A stretch of DNA of 64,000 bases from Bdellovibrionales bacterium (GTDB lineage: Bacteria; Bdellovibrionota; Bdellovibrionia; Bdellovibrionales; DASUEL01), in assembly GCA_050250255.1 (NCBI GenBank), contig JBFWOZ010000001.1, positions 1 through 64,000 of the forward strand, written 5' to 3'. Made by a program: the position numbers and the translations under genes. Every line of letters starts with the position of its first letter. Within the stretch, counting starts at the first letter, position 1. The notes below the pieces were generated by a model. The model did not search any database, was not told the origin of the DNA, and saw nothing but the letters and a program-made list of their open reading frames with translations. This document shows positions 37,058 to 47,227 of this stretch, piece after piece.

Positions 37058-37356
37058 GTCCTCAACTTGATCTTACAACTATGAGAACGAAATAAACCCC
37101 GCCCCCAACACAGAGTCATGACAAAGCCTGGGATTGAATTCAACCAGAAGCGCATGTCCTGAGCCGCTTTGTGTCACTTGTGGGGTTACAGAGGGTTTAA
37201 GGCTGACAACATAAATAATTGAAATAACTAAATAAAATAAAAAACCAGAAAAAAGTGAACCGGAAATAATCAAGGGGAGCTCTTAGCTGATGTGGGATGT
37301 GATTTAATAAGCAGGAACCTGTCTCTCAGTTGGTACTGGAATTGAAATACCTCAGG

Positions 37357-38232
37357 ATGAGGAAGTGTACTTTGGCGACATGGATTTCAAAAATTCTTAT
37401 CATTTTGACGGCGACCACAGTGCCGGCGGTTTCCTATGGAAATTGGCGTTCTCCGGCTTTAATGAAAGATTTGGTCGCGCTTCGCGCGCCTGACAGTGAT
37501 TATATTTCTAGCATCGAAGAGGATCGTCAAAACGAAGCAAAAGAATTGATTTTGGTTCCGGTGCCAGCAGGATTTGTTCGCGCAGATTTTAAAACCAGCC
37601 TTTTTACAGATTCTCTCAGTAAAGAATTTATAGAACGCTACCGGGAAAAATTGGGTTACACCGAAGCGGAACAAAACGCTCAGACTCCCGTCGATTTAAA
37701 AGCTTACGGCGATAGTACCGGTTACACCGAAGAAGTGAAACGCCATCGAGAAAAACAAAGAGAGTTTGGGGAGTACATGTTCCGTCGATTGGCGGAGTTT
37801 CATGTCGATAACTACTTCAAGTCCGAACCAAAGCTTAAAAAAGTTTATGAGATGAAAGAGCGTTTGAGTAATCTTGACGTGAGAGTGAACGAATCGACAA
37901 AGTTAAATACGAATTATTCCTTTAGCGGTAACTTCATCACGGCAACCTTAGAAAACCCTTACATCAACGCCCGAGCGCGCTTCGAAATGAATCCCGCTCA
38001 ATTAGGTCCAGGCCCCGTGGAAGAAACGATTCTGTCTCTCTACAGAAATATCACCGAAACATTTTCGTTCGAAAATCACTACAAATTGACTCAACAGATT
38101 TTAAGTTTGGTCGGTAGAAAAAGTTTCTCTGAACGGTTGCAATCGACGTTGACACTTTCTAACAGCTTTATCGATTTAAAAGATAAACCCAAAGAGTCCA
38201 TCGCGCTCGCGGGACTCCTCTTCGTTTACTAA
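37357..38232 (+). CDS. exported hypothetical protein (C-terminal beta-rich)
   Basis: Long ORF with signal peptide; start uncertain; sigma54-like TGGTAC-N5-TTGAA at 37331-37346. Confidence 0.6.
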   Translation: MRKCTLATWISKILIILTATTVPAVSYGNWRSPALMKDLVALRAPDSDYISSIEEDRQNEAKELILVPVPAGFVRADFKTSLFTDSLSKEFIERYREKLGYTEAEQNAQTPVDLKAYGDSTGYTEEVKRHREKQREFGEYMFRRLAEFHVDNYFKSEPKLKKVYEMKERLSNLDVRVNESTKLNTNYSFSGNFITATLENPYINARARFEMNPAQLGPGPVEETILSLYRNITETFSFENHYKLTQQILSLVGRKSFSERLQSTLTLSNSFIDLKDKPKESIALAGLLFVY

Positions 38233-38236
38233 TTCA

Positions 38237-38384
38237 GTTTGAGGTTGGAGGTTTAACGTTTGAGGTTTGTCGTACCGTTTAGGGTTTGAGGTCTAAACCA
38301 CCAATGGTGCTCAACCGAAAACTCAAACGATAAACCTCTAACGGCACCTCAAACCTTCAACCCCAAACGACAAACCTCCAACCG
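38237..38384. repeat. GAGGTTT heptamer palindrome, second copy
   Basis: GTTTGAGGTTGGAGGTTT... / ...AAACGACAAACCTCCAACCG between convergent genes. Confidence 0.85.
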
Positions 38385-38387
38385 AGT

Positions 38388-39560
38388 TTAAGTAAACCTT
38401 CGGGCCGATAACCACGGCTCGATGTCGCGGCCGTAAATCACATCGACCAATCTTTTTGTCGTGTGAAAAGATAAACCAATTCCGTGAGCGGTATAGCCGC
38501 CCGCAAAAAACACCTGCGGATCGTCAGGCAATGCGCCGACCATCGGTTCGCCATCTTTTGAAAAACCCATCACTCCCGACCAGCGGTGCGTGACTCTCGA
38601 ATTTTTGTAATTCGGGAGATGTTCATTCACAAATTTTTGGAGTGCGACTTGGATGCCTTCGGTGATGTTGTCGGAAATCCCTACTTCTGTTTCTTTTTCC
38701 ACTTGGCGGAAGCCTCCGATGAGAAGTTCTCCCGTTGGCATTTGACGGAAATAATCTAAATAAAAATTTGCATAGCAAGGAGCATCCATAAAGCGGGGCA
38801 CGGATTCCATCATCAGACACTGTCCGCGAGTAGGAAAAATCTTATCTTGGAACCAGGGATGCAACGTAAAGGAATAACCGTTGAGATTTAACAGAATGAG
38901 TGGGGCTTCGAAGTCCCCTTTATCGGTTTTTAAAATGCGAGTTTGTTCATTCGTCGACTCAATTCCAAAAGCTTCAACACCTTCGTGAAGGTCGGATTTT
39001 GTTTTTGAAAAGATGTGGTTTACAAGTTTTACGGGATTGACGGAAGCATCGTCGAGATACTTGATGCCGCCCACAAAATTGTGTGCGCCAACACGTTTTT
39101 CAGCAGTCTGCTGATCGATAATCTCGGTGCGAATTTTTAAATCGTTCATGATTTGAGCGACTTTTTTTAGTTCCTCAAATTCATTGGGTTGAGTGGCGAG
39201 AGAATAAGCGCCGTTATGTTCAAACTCGAGTTTCTCTGCGTCGTCTTGGACAATTTCTTGTTTTAAAAGGCGTAAGTTCTCTTGAGCAAATCGCCAGATC
39301 TCAGTGGCTTGGGCAAGGCCATGCTTATTGATCATGCGGTTGAAATGTTCCACCGATCCGCAAGTGATGAAGCCCGCGTTTCTTCCGCTTGCACCAAAGC
39401 ACATTCGGGATTTTTCGACGATGGCAATTTTTAAAGAGGGATCTTCTTTGTGCAACCAGTATGCGGTGGAGAGGCCAGAGATTCCGGCACCAACAATGAT
39501 GGCGTCGTAGCTGCGGCGATCATGGTGAGACGAACGGTCGAGCCAAAAAGAAGTACTCAT
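38388..39560 (-). CDS. FAD-dependent oxidoreductase (DAO/PuuB-like)
   Basis: IVGAGISGLS, GASGRNAG, WSGVMG, GGYTAHG. Confidence 0.9.
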   Translation of the reverse strand: MSTSFWLDRSSHHDRRSYDAIIVGAGISGLSTAYWLHKEDPSLKIAIVEKSRMCFGASGRNAGFITCGSVEHFNRMINKHGLAQATEIWRFAQENLRLLKQEIVQDDAEKLEFEHNGAYSLATQPNEFEELKKVAQIMNDLKIRTEIIDQQTAEKRVGAHNFVGGIKYLDDASVNPVKLVNHIFSKTKSDLHEGVEAFGIESTNEQTRILKTDKGDFEAPLILLNLNGYSFTLHPWFQDKIFPTRGQCLMMESVPRFMDAPCYANFYLDYFRQMPTGELLIGGFRQVEKETEVGISDNITEGIQVALQKFVNEHLPNYKNSRVTHRWSGVMGFSKDGEPMVGALPDDPQVFFAGGYTAHGIGLSFHTTKRLVDVIYGRDIEPWLSARRFT

Positions 39561-40126
39561 AATTGATCTATCTCCAAATACATTTCTTGGGCGGTACAAA
39601 GACAAGGAGGTTTCAAACACCTTGTGCAGTTGTAATCAACGTCTTTCCAATAGTGAAGATGCTCTTTAACAACATTGAATCCCAATTTTTTTAAGTAACG
39701 AGTCGAGGAGTCATTAGGGCTCTCTTTCCAGGAGTGGCACACGACACCCTTCGTGTTCAATTTTTTGAGTGTCTCGAGGGAATGGCGTGAGAGCTTGCCT
39801 CCCCATCCTTCACCCTGAAGATCAGCCGACAAAAAGAGGGATTGAAAGTAGGCGGTGTTTTCAAGCGGGTAGGGCCAAGCTTGAACGGTGAGTCCGCTGC
39901 CTTTGCCCTTTTCCCATTTGCCCGCGGGATAAGTTATACGAACCCCTTTGATTTTTTGTTCAGGATTTTTCAAGACGAAGGAGCACATCACTTCTTGCGA
40001 AGAAGACTTTTGAAAAATCTCTTCGAGTTCTTTTCGGCTGTAATATCCTTTTCCAATTTCGGCGTCGGTAAAGGCCTGTACGGCCTCTAAGTCTTCCCAT
40101 CGTAAAGGTTCAATTTTTAGTGACAT
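39557..40126 (-). CDS. GNAT family acetyltransferase
   Basis: LQGEGWG acetyl-CoA motif; RYLKKLGF; C-terminal CxxC..CxC. Confidence 0.8.
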   Translation of the reverse strand: MSLKIEPLRWEDLEAVQAFTDAEIGKGYYSRKELEEIFQKSSSQEVMCSFVLKNPEQKIKGVRITYPAGKWEKGKGSGLTVQAWPYPLENTAYFQSLFLSADLQGEGWGGKLSRHSLETLKKLNTKGVVCHSWKESPNDSSTRYLKKLGFNVVKEHLHYWKDVDYNCTRCLKPPCLCTAQEMYLEIDQL

Positions 40127-40268
40127 GCAGGGTGTCCTACCAAGGCATAAAAGGGGAGGCAAGAATTAAACGGGTCGCCGTCATCTCAAAACGATACGCC
40201 TAAAGTCCGGTCAAAATTCTGCCGAATTATTCTTTGTACGAAACGTTTCGAAGAACAAGGATGGACCT

Positions 40269-40772
40269 TTGGCTAAGCCCATTTCGAATTTACGCAAGAC
40301 TCAGCAAATGCTGAATCAGCTCACTGTAGGAATTGTGACTGTCTTTGGCGTTATCTCCGCGTTTACCATCTTTAGCTCTCCCATTTCGATGAATAGCTCA
40401 GATGTGATGATGGCTCCTTCTGAAGGCCTTCGCGGTCCAGCTTCTGTTGGGGTTACCAATGAAATGGGAAAGCAAGTTACCGTAGATGTACTAACAATTG
40501 AATGTGGAAAGGACATTGAGGTTCTCTCTCAATCTCCACAAGTACGACTTCGAGGAAGTATCTGTGCTCAAGAGTCCCAGGCTCAATTGAAAAGCTCTTC
40601 AATTAAAAATAAAGATAACAAAGACGTGGCGACCGTATTTTTAATGAATCGAGATTTCACTACTGATGTGATCCATTTATCTAAGGATCATAACGAACTC
40701 ACAATTGTGAATAAGCTTAGCAACGGGGAAACAGAAACCCGTCTTCTCAAAATCCGACTTAAAAAAATGTAG
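40269..40772 (+). CDS. membrane-anchored hypothetical protein
   Basis: N-terminal TM, RGPAS linker; TAAA-N16-GCCGAATT upstream (40201-40228). Confidence 0.6.
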   Translation: MAKPISNLRKTQQMLNQLTVGIVTVFGVISAFTIFSSPISMNSSDVMMAPSEGLRGPASVGVTNEMGKQVTVDVLTIECGKDIEVLSQSPQVRLRGSICAQESQAQLKSSSIKNKDNKDVATVFLMNRDFTTDVIHLSKDHNELTIVNKLSNGETETRLLKIRLKKM

Positions 40773-40777
40773 ATAAA

Positions 40778-41278
40778 TTAACGAGCGCTCTCGCGGATAA
40801 ATCGGCTGAGATAAAATCTCACCATATTGTCGAGATCCGTGATGCGTGTTTTACGAAAACACCAGTGAAGCTCGTTGAAAGCTCCCCATTGGGCTTCGAT
40901 TACATCTTCATCTGTGGGTGAGCTGGTTTCAACCGCTGCGGGAGTGCCGGGCACAAAACCGCTATGGCTTGTTTTGATGGCGACGGTGCCGGGTTTTTTC
41001 ATTGTGAAAATCATTTTTTGGCCGTTACGGAACAGCATGAAATCCGCTTTGGTATTCGCGATTCCATAGATCTTAATATTACCAATCGCAACGCCCTTCA
41101 TTTGATTGAAGGCACTGGAATAATCGACAAAAGATTCTTTGAGTTTTTCTAAAAAAATATGGGTTTCATCTTCAACAGCTTTTTGGCCGTCAAAACCAAT
41201 CGTAAAATCCACCATGTCAGCTTCTTCAAGCTGCTGTTCGGATCTTACAAGATCGCGTACCCAATCCAGTTTACTCAT
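40778..41278 (-). CDS. hypothetical protein
   Basis: 166-aa ORF with plausible RBS. Confidence 0.7.
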   Translation of the reverse strand: MSKLDWVRDLVRSEQQLEEADMVDFTIGFDGQKAVEDETHIFLEKLKESFVDYSSAFNQMKGVAIGNIKIYGIANTKADFMLFRNGQKMIFTMKKPGTVAIKTSHSGFVPGTPAAVETSSPTDEDVIEAQWGAFNELHWCFRKTRITDLDNMVRFYLSRFIRESAR

Positions 41279-41348
41279 GCAACCCCCCGTACCTCTTTAA
41301 ATTATAGGATGAGTTTGGCTAGCTATGTCAAGGCGACAGATTCTTTAA

Positions 41349-41424
41349 AGGTGCCAGGTTCCGTTTCCGGGTCACACCGCTTCATAATGGACGCGGTGTG
41401 ACCCGGAAACGGAACCTGGCACCT
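41349..41424. repeat. REPIN-like palindrome (32-bp perfect arms)
   Basis: AGGTGCCAGGTTCCGTTTCCGGGTCACACCGC-ttcataatggac-GCGGTGTGACCCGGAAACGGAACCTGGCACCT. Confidence 0.9.
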
Positions 41425-41437
41425 AAATGGGGAGAGG

Positions 41438-42730
41438 TTATAGGAGGAGGGGTAGAGTGCCGTTTTTTGTGTTGCGGAGGCTTTCGATTTTGAGTTCGGC
41501 GCAAAGTTCTGGCGAAGAGATGTCCTTTTGAACTTCCCACTCCAAGACCTGTTTTGACGACTTGGGGCTCACCGCGTATTCCGGTAAAATTTGGCAAAGA
41601 AGGTTCATCACGCCGGCCTTGTAAGTTCCAACTTGGTTGAATCCATATCCATCAAATAAAGGCGGACGACTCATTGAAAAAGCTTTTACATTTGTACCCG
41701 AGCTTTCAAAAAGATATTTTAAGCCGGCCATTCTTGATGCGTCTTCTAATTCATCTGTAAATCTGGCTAAGTGGGCGAGAGAGCCCCTATCGTTAATGGC
41801 CTTAGAAAATTCAATGTCACGCTGGTGATTGTAGTTAACAGTTTTTTCGACTTCCGCTTTGAGTTGAGCAAAGCGCTGAGGATTTCCACCTTCTAATTTT
41901 TTTCGTAGTGGAGAATTTGCTGGGCCAACAAAATCAGGAATGTTGGAGCATCCGATGAGGTTTGCAATTGCCGCCGTACGAAACTGCGTCCAGTTGGGAT
42001 TCTTTTTCAGCTCTGAATGAATACGTTTGTAGTTGAAGCCGTTGAGATAAATCGTCAGGATTTGTCCCAACGTGTCCGGTTGATGAACCGTCATTGGGTA
42101 AAAGCGATCTTTCTCATAAAATTCCATTGGTGCGGAATTGGCTTGAAATTGTCCAGGCCATGCGCTGTAGGTGCGCCAAATAGGACGAAAAGGAGTGCCG
42201 TGACAAGAAAAACAGGTCTTCGTATCCTTTGGATCCATAGAAAATTTTGTGCCTGCAGAAGAAATTTGTCCAACAAAGGGTTCCCAGCTGTTTTGCTCAA
42301 AGTTGTATCGAATGCCATCAATTTTTTGAGCATATCTTACGGGTATAGGAACGGGCGCATCGACAAGTCCCATGATTACGCCACCAGAATGAAAGGTGAT
42401 CAATCGCGGATGGGTGGGGCTAGTGGCAGCCATTTGAAGACTGCGACTGTGTGCCATTCTCATAGAGCCAAGAGAGAACTCTTTATACTCAGGGAGACTC
42501 ACGAGTTTTTTAAAATATTCGACGGAATCCACGGCAGGCGTTGCCGCACTCCAGGTTTTGAGTTGCTCATAAAATTTATTATCGCCAGTAGGTGAAAGAC
42601 GTTGAACGTCGCAAGTTTCTACAAATTTATTGGGCGGCATTTTGCTTGAAGCCTGTTCTTGCGTTTGGCCAGTGTATGACAAAAATTGGCTTAAAAGGAC
42701 AATGCTCGCGAGTAGGATACCATTAGACAT
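41438..42730 (-). CDS. exported protein with a single CxxCH heme-c motif
   Basis: Signal peptide; TCFSCHG..RPIW..Y..WPG. Confidence 0.65.
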   Translation of the reverse strand: MSNGILLASIVLLSQFLSYTGQTQEQASSKMPPNKFVETCDVQRLSPTGDNKFYEQLKTWSAATPAVDSVEYFKKLVSLPEYKEFSLGSMRMAHSRSLQMAATSPTHPRLITFHSGGVIMGLVDAPVPIPVRYAQKIDGIRYNFEQNSWEPFVGQISSAGTKFSMDPKDTKTCFSCHGTPFRPIWRTYSAWPGQFQANSAPMEFYEKDRFYPMTVHQPDTLGQILTIYLNGFNYKRIHSELKKNPNWTQFRTAAIANLIGCSNIPDFVGPANSPLRKKLEGGNPQRFAQLKAEVEKTVNYNHQRDIEFSKAINDRGSLAHLARFTDELEDASRMAGLKYLFESSGTNVKAFSMSRPPLFDGYGFNQVGTYKAGVMNLLCQILPEYAVSPKSSKQVLEWEVQKDISSPELCAELKIESLRNTKNGTLPLLL

Positions 42731-42855
42731 GCAAAACCGCCTTTACTTGATTATTTTGAGTTGAAAATGCATGAAGGGTGCCACACATCAAGGCTTGGCA
42801 TACATTCTGCTTTGTCATTACATTGTGGAACGACAATCGATTAAAGGAGATCTTA

Positions 42856-43290
42856 ATGACTAAAGATGTAAAAGAAAAAGTGATCCAAAAATTGAATGAA
42901 ATATTAGAAATGGAGATCTCTGGGGTTGTAAGATATCTGCACTACTCTTTGATGATCACTGGCCCTAACCGTATTCCCATTGTGAAGTGGTTTCAAGATC
43001 AAGCAACCGAAGGTTTCGGTCACGCTTCGCAAATCGGAGAAAAAATCACATCTCTTGGTGGTCATCCCACTTTAAAAGTACGACCTGTTCCAGAGACCAA
43101 CAAGCACGGCACTCTTGAAATTTTAAAAGAAAGTCTCGAGTTTGAAAAAGAAGCCGAGAAAATGTACCGCGAACTTCTTCCTCTCACGGAAGATTACGTT
43201 TCTCTCAACGAAATGATTCGCGCTCTTCTCTGTGATGAACAAAACCACATCGAAGAAGTTGAGAAAATGCTCAAGGTAAATAAAGAATAG
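42856..43290 (+). CDS. bacterioferritin/ferritin-like protein
   Basis: LNEILEME..Y, E..H, E..A..Y, DEQNH diiron residues; sigma54-like TGGCAT-N5-CTGCT at 42796-42811. Confidence 0.85.
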   Translation: MTKDVKEKVIQKLNEILEMEISGVVRYLHYSLMITGPNRIPIVKWFQDQATEGFGHASQIGEKITSLGGHPTLKVRPVPETNKHGTLEILKESLEFEKEAEKMYRELLPLTEDYVSLNEMIRALLCDEQNHIEEVEKMLKVNKE

Positions 43291-43430
43291 TTTATAGCCA
43301 TAGGGCATATGTCAGCGGCATAAGGAAATGGTAGTGAAATTTGAATCCGCCATGCATGGCCATTGCTTTATGCCTCCACCATATGCCCCTTACATATGCC
43401 TTATGCCACAAAATCACTTGTTTCGTACCT

Positions 43431-46268
43431 TTAGAGTTTCGGTAAGCTCAGTGTAATGGCGGTTGAAAAACCGCCGTAGGCATTGGTGTTAAGCCCGTAG
43501 TAGAGACCTAGTTTTAACATCGCTGGAATATGAAACCCGAGGGTGATGTCGCTTCGAAATTCCATTCCCGTGCTCCAAAAAAAACTTCCTAAATAACTGG
43601 TTCGAGTTCCACGAATATCTTTTGCGTAATATGCGCCCTCAAGAGTCGCGGAGTCGACAAAAACTCCAGCGTGCCACCTGCGGAAAAGAACGGGGAAGGT
43701 GCCAAGGTCTCCTGGGCTATCCGTTAAAGGAAATCGATACTCAAAAGTATTTGTAATCAGTGACCAACCCACAAATTCTCCGACCGGGTAACCACGCACT
43801 AAGTAAGGTGATTCACTTAAGTAGGAAAGCGTGTAGTCGCCGCCCGCTGGCGTTCCAAGGAGAATGCTTCGATTGCGAGGGGAGAAAATCGAACGTGTAC
43901 GAAGCATCATTGCATGACGATCGGGAAGCCAAGGCGAAATGTAGATGGCTCCATTGGCGCGAAGGTTGTAAAATTCCGTGTTTCCCCAGCTTGGCAAAAA
44001 GTATTGATAATCGAGAAGTGCCTCTTGACCTTTGCGAGGAGAAATTTGTGTCGGTTTTTGAGTTGCGTTTAAGTAACTTAATTGTACGGCAGGTCCTGCA
44101 TACAAATAATCATCCGAAGTTGTAGGTAAATCTGTGGAAAAGCGGGAGACACGAAAGCCCGTTCGCCAGTCTTTGTTATGTCGGTTGAGTGGCATATCGT
44201 ATTGGGCTTCGAGGTAACTACTGGTGGTGATAAGATCGTAACTATAAAAATACTGGTTCACCACCTGCCCTAAAAGACTTACGTTCCCGTGATGAATCGC
44301 TCGGGAGAAAACAGCGCCCCCGCCGGTTTTTTTTGTGAGAGAGTCGTAGTTCACGTTGAGTGCATAACTTTGAATTCTTAAAGGGTCGATTGCTCCCGTC
44401 ATAGCGGAAACGGCGTAGCTATTTCCAAAAAAACCAACGAGCGGAACCCAGTAAGTGGGAAGCATGTACGACCATGGCGAATATTCTTCCTCTTGCGATG
44501 AGATGATAGCCTTTGTTGGTTCTTCGTATTTAGGCCAGTCGCTCTCGGTGAGAGAGGCTGTTGGAGTAGGAGTAGTGTGTGAAAGAACCTTTCGTTTGAG
44601 TGCCACTCCGCGCCCAGTGAGTTCTGAAAAATAAAGTGTCGATGTGTTGGAGTCGATGGTGGCGGTGTTAGCTTCGGTGTAGGAGTTCGTGAGAGCTTTG
44701 ATCGTTTTAAAATCACGGCTCGCCCAATAGAGGTTGGCAATGCCAGATTTTGCGGAAGTAAAAAGAATCCCGTTTTTATAAGGCACTGCGAACTGCGCCG
44801 GTGAGTAGTCGCCTAGGGCGATGCGAACGTCTTTCGTCGCAAGATTAAAAATTTTAAGGACTTCTTTTCCTTGAGGCGAACGTTCAGAAAAAAGAATTTC
44901 ATCTTCGGAGAAAAAGGAAGGGCGCGAAATGCGGTGAAGTTGTGGTGGAGAATAAACAATATTCTCTTTTTTCTCTTCAGGAAGTCCTGTTAAGACGGCT
45001 AATTGTGAAGTCGCCGCTTTTGTTTTGACGTAAACGATGCGATGTCCGCCAGAATCCACCGCAGGTTCTTGCGCACGTAAGCCTTGGGTCACGGGATCTG
45101 CTTTTTTATCGCTAAGAAAAAGGCGATGGAGATCGGAATATTCGTAATAAAGATCTTCGGTATCGATCGCATCGAAGACGAGAGATTCTGAATTGGGCCA
45201 CCAGGAGATTTTTTTAGTTCCCGTAGATGTGTGGAGCTTCTTTTGTTGGTGGAAATCAAAAGGAACCTTGGTATTTGGTCGTTCGACCATCCAAATTTCA
45301 CTATCGCGGTCGTCGTTAAAGAGGACGTAAGCGAGGCGAAGTTGGTTTGGACTTATCGTGGGAGAGTGCGCTCCCGGAAGAGTATTGGGAAGTTGTTCTG
45401 AGGTGGGAGGCGAAGCCGATTTTATTTTTTCAATCTGTACATCGGCTAATTTTTTATAAGTTTCACGAACACTTTGGGCAAAACCTTCGTAACTAACTCC
45501 TAAAAGATCATGAATAGGACCGTTGATGAAAAAAGGAACGCGGCCGGCATATTGATCATTTAAAGTACGAAATGCTTCAACACCTTTTCTTTTTCCAATT
45601 TCATGAAGCAGTAAAGATCCCCAAAAGTAAGGGCGCATGCCGTAAGGCCATGATGGAATCATGATCTCATTCATGGAAGCGAGTGATTGGTTCCAAGTGT
45701 TATCGAGAACCATCGCGCGCATCATGGCTGCAAAAAGTGGAGAGCGAAGACGGCCCTGAGAAGTGAAACGTGTTTCCATTTCCACTGCGAGCCCCTCAAG
45801 GTACCAAGTGGGAAGAAGGGCGTTTGGTCGAACGATGGCACCTAGCAGAGTGCGAACAGGTCCTAGGAATCCGCGAGCCGGTTCCATGTTTAAAATATGA
45901 GTGTATTCATGGATTAAGAGTTTTTGACTCCAGTTGTCATAATGTCCGATGGAATCTAACGCTGTCGGTAATACAGGAAAGAGCGTGATCATGGGCCGCG
46001 GAAAAGGAGTCGCTAAACCGTTAGGGCTGTCGGAACGGTCATAAATCCAAATAACGGTTTTAGATGGAGCGGTCTGAAAAACTGGGACAAGTAAGGAGTA
46101 AGTGCGTTCTGCCTGGAGAGCGACTTCCTGTGCGAGTAGGGGATGATCTGCATCAAAAATAATTTCGAAATGTTCCGTTTGGAGGGTTCGCCAACGTATG
46201 TGTGGCTCTGGTGCCGCCAGGCCGCGTGAACAAAAAATGAAAACGAAAAGCAAGAGAAAGCGATACAT
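43431..46268 (-). CDS. outer-membrane protein: Zn-peptidase-like N-domain, TolB-like propeller, Omp85-like barrel
   Basis: HEYTH...WYLEGLA; PD40-like repeats; LVRGY..EYRFPL barrel motifs. Confidence 0.75.
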   Translation of the reverse strand: MYRFLLLFVFIFCSRGLAAPEPHIRWRTLQTEHFEIIFDADHPLLAQEVALQAERTYSLLVPVFQTAPSKTVIWIYDRSDSPNGLATPFPRPMITLFPVLPTALDSIGHYDNWSQKLLIHEYTHILNMEPARGFLGPVRTLLGAIVRPNALLPTWYLEGLAVEMETRFTSQGRLRSPLFAAMMRAMVLDNTWNQSLASMNEIMIPSWPYGMRPYFWGSLLLHEIGKRKGVEAFRTLNDQYAGRVPFFINGPIHDLLGVSYEGFAQSVRETYKKLADVQIEKIKSASPPTSEQLPNTLPGAHSPTISPNQLRLAYVLFNDDRDSEIWMVERPNTKVPFDFHQQKKLHTSTGTKKISWWPNSESLVFDAIDTEDLYYEYSDLHRLFLSDKKADPVTQGLRAQEPAVDSGGHRIVYVKTKAATSQLAVLTGLPEEKKENIVYSPPQLHRISRPSFFSEDEILFSERSPQGKEVLKIFNLATKDVRIALGDYSPAQFAVPYKNGILFTSAKSGIANLYWASRDFKTIKALTNSYTEANTATIDSNTSTLYFSELTGRGVALKRKVLSHTTPTPTASLTESDWPKYEEPTKAIISSQEEEYSPWSYMLPTYWVPLVGFFGNSYAVSAMTGAIDPLRIQSYALNVNYDSLTKKTGGGAVFSRAIHHGNVSLLGQVVNQYFYSYDLITTSSYLEAQYDMPLNRHNKDWRTGFRVSRFSTDLPTTSDDYLYAGPAVQLSYLNATQKPTQISPRKGQEALLDYQYFLPSWGNTEFYNLRANGAIYISPWLPDRHAMMLRTRSIFSPRNRSILLGTPAGGDYTLSYLSESPYLVRGYPVGEFVGWSLITNTFEYRFPLTDSPGDLGTFPVLFRRWHAGVFVDSATLEGAYYAKDIRGTRTSYLGSFFWSTGMEFRSDITLGFHIPAMLKLGLYYGLNTNAYGGFSTAITLSLPKL

Positions 46269-46375
46269 GTGCGTAGTATCTCAACATTTTGAATGTGTTC
46301 CCACAATCACAAAAGTTTGACATTCCGGCTCAAAAAACTATTATTAATGGGTCACCAACTAAGGAGAAACCACAT

Positions 46376-46915
46376 ATGCAAACACAGCAAAAAACATTTC
46401 AAACCTGGATGATCCAACTACTTTCCGTTGTCATTATGGTTTCTTTCGCACTTTCTTGTTCGAAAAAGAAAAAAGACGACGGTCAAATCGGCGAAGAAGT
46501 TACAGAGGGACAATTGGATCCAAATGTTGCGAATCAAGCGCTTGGATTTGATCCTCAAGGAAGCGATGGCGGAACAATTGAAGGACTAAAGACGGTCTTT
46601 TTTCCTTATGATTCTTCTACACTCACGAATGATGCAAGAAAACGTCTCCAAGGAAATGCTGATTGGATGAAACAGCATGCGGGCACCAATATACAAATTG
46701 AAGGTCACTGCGACGAAAAAGGCTCTATCGAATATAACTTAGCTCTCGGTGAACGTCGTGCAAAAGCTGTACGTAGTTACTTGGTGAGTTTAGGTGTTGA
46801 TGCGAGTCGCGTAAGCGTTATTTCTTATGGCGAAGAAAAGCCGATTGAAAGTGGCGACAGCGAAGCGGTGATGGCGAAAAATCGTCGTGCTAACTTCTTA
46901 CCACTCGGCCAATAA
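46376..46915 (+). CDS. pal: peptidoglycan-associated lipoprotein
   Basis: Lipobox ALSC; IEGHCDEKGSIEYNLALGERRA; SYGEEKP; NRRA. Confidence 0.93.
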   Translation: MQTQQKTFQTWMIQLLSVVIMVSFALSCSKKKKDDGQIGEEVTEGQLDPNVANQALGFDPQGSDGGTIEGLKTVFFPYDSSTLTNDARKRLQGNADWMKQHAGTNIQIEGHCDEKGSIEYNLALGERRAKAVRSYLVSLGVDASRVSVISYGEEKPIESGDSEAVMAKNRRANFLPLGQ

Positions 46916-46921
46916 TTTTTT

Positions 46922-47215
46922 GTGAGCCGGTTGAATTTCACATATGGTTGCGCAGTTTTTATTCTCTGCGCTTCTTGTGTAGGAAGACCTCCGATCAAAA
47001 ATTACACTCTTGCTAGAACGGCAATCGAAGCGGCTAGAAAAGTAGATGGGTTAAGATATTCACCCGAAGTTTTTCATCGTGCTGAAGAATTCTATAGAAA
47101 AGGCGAGATCTACTATAAAAATCACGAGTATGCGAATGCCGAGAGTGCTTTTGAAGAAGCGCGCCTAAATGCAGAAAAAGCCGAGAATGAAGCTCGCATG
47201 AGACCCACGGATTAA
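46922..47215 (+). CDS. small lipoprotein (DUF4398-like)
   Basis: CASC lipobox; A..AI.AA....G..Y.P pattern. Confidence 0.6.
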   Translation: MSRLNFTYGCAVFILCASCVGRPPIKNYTLARTAIEAARKVDGLRYSPEVFHRAEEFYRKGEIYYKNHEYANAESAFEEARLNAEKAENEARMRPTD

Positions 47216-47227
47216 AAGGAGAAGTGC

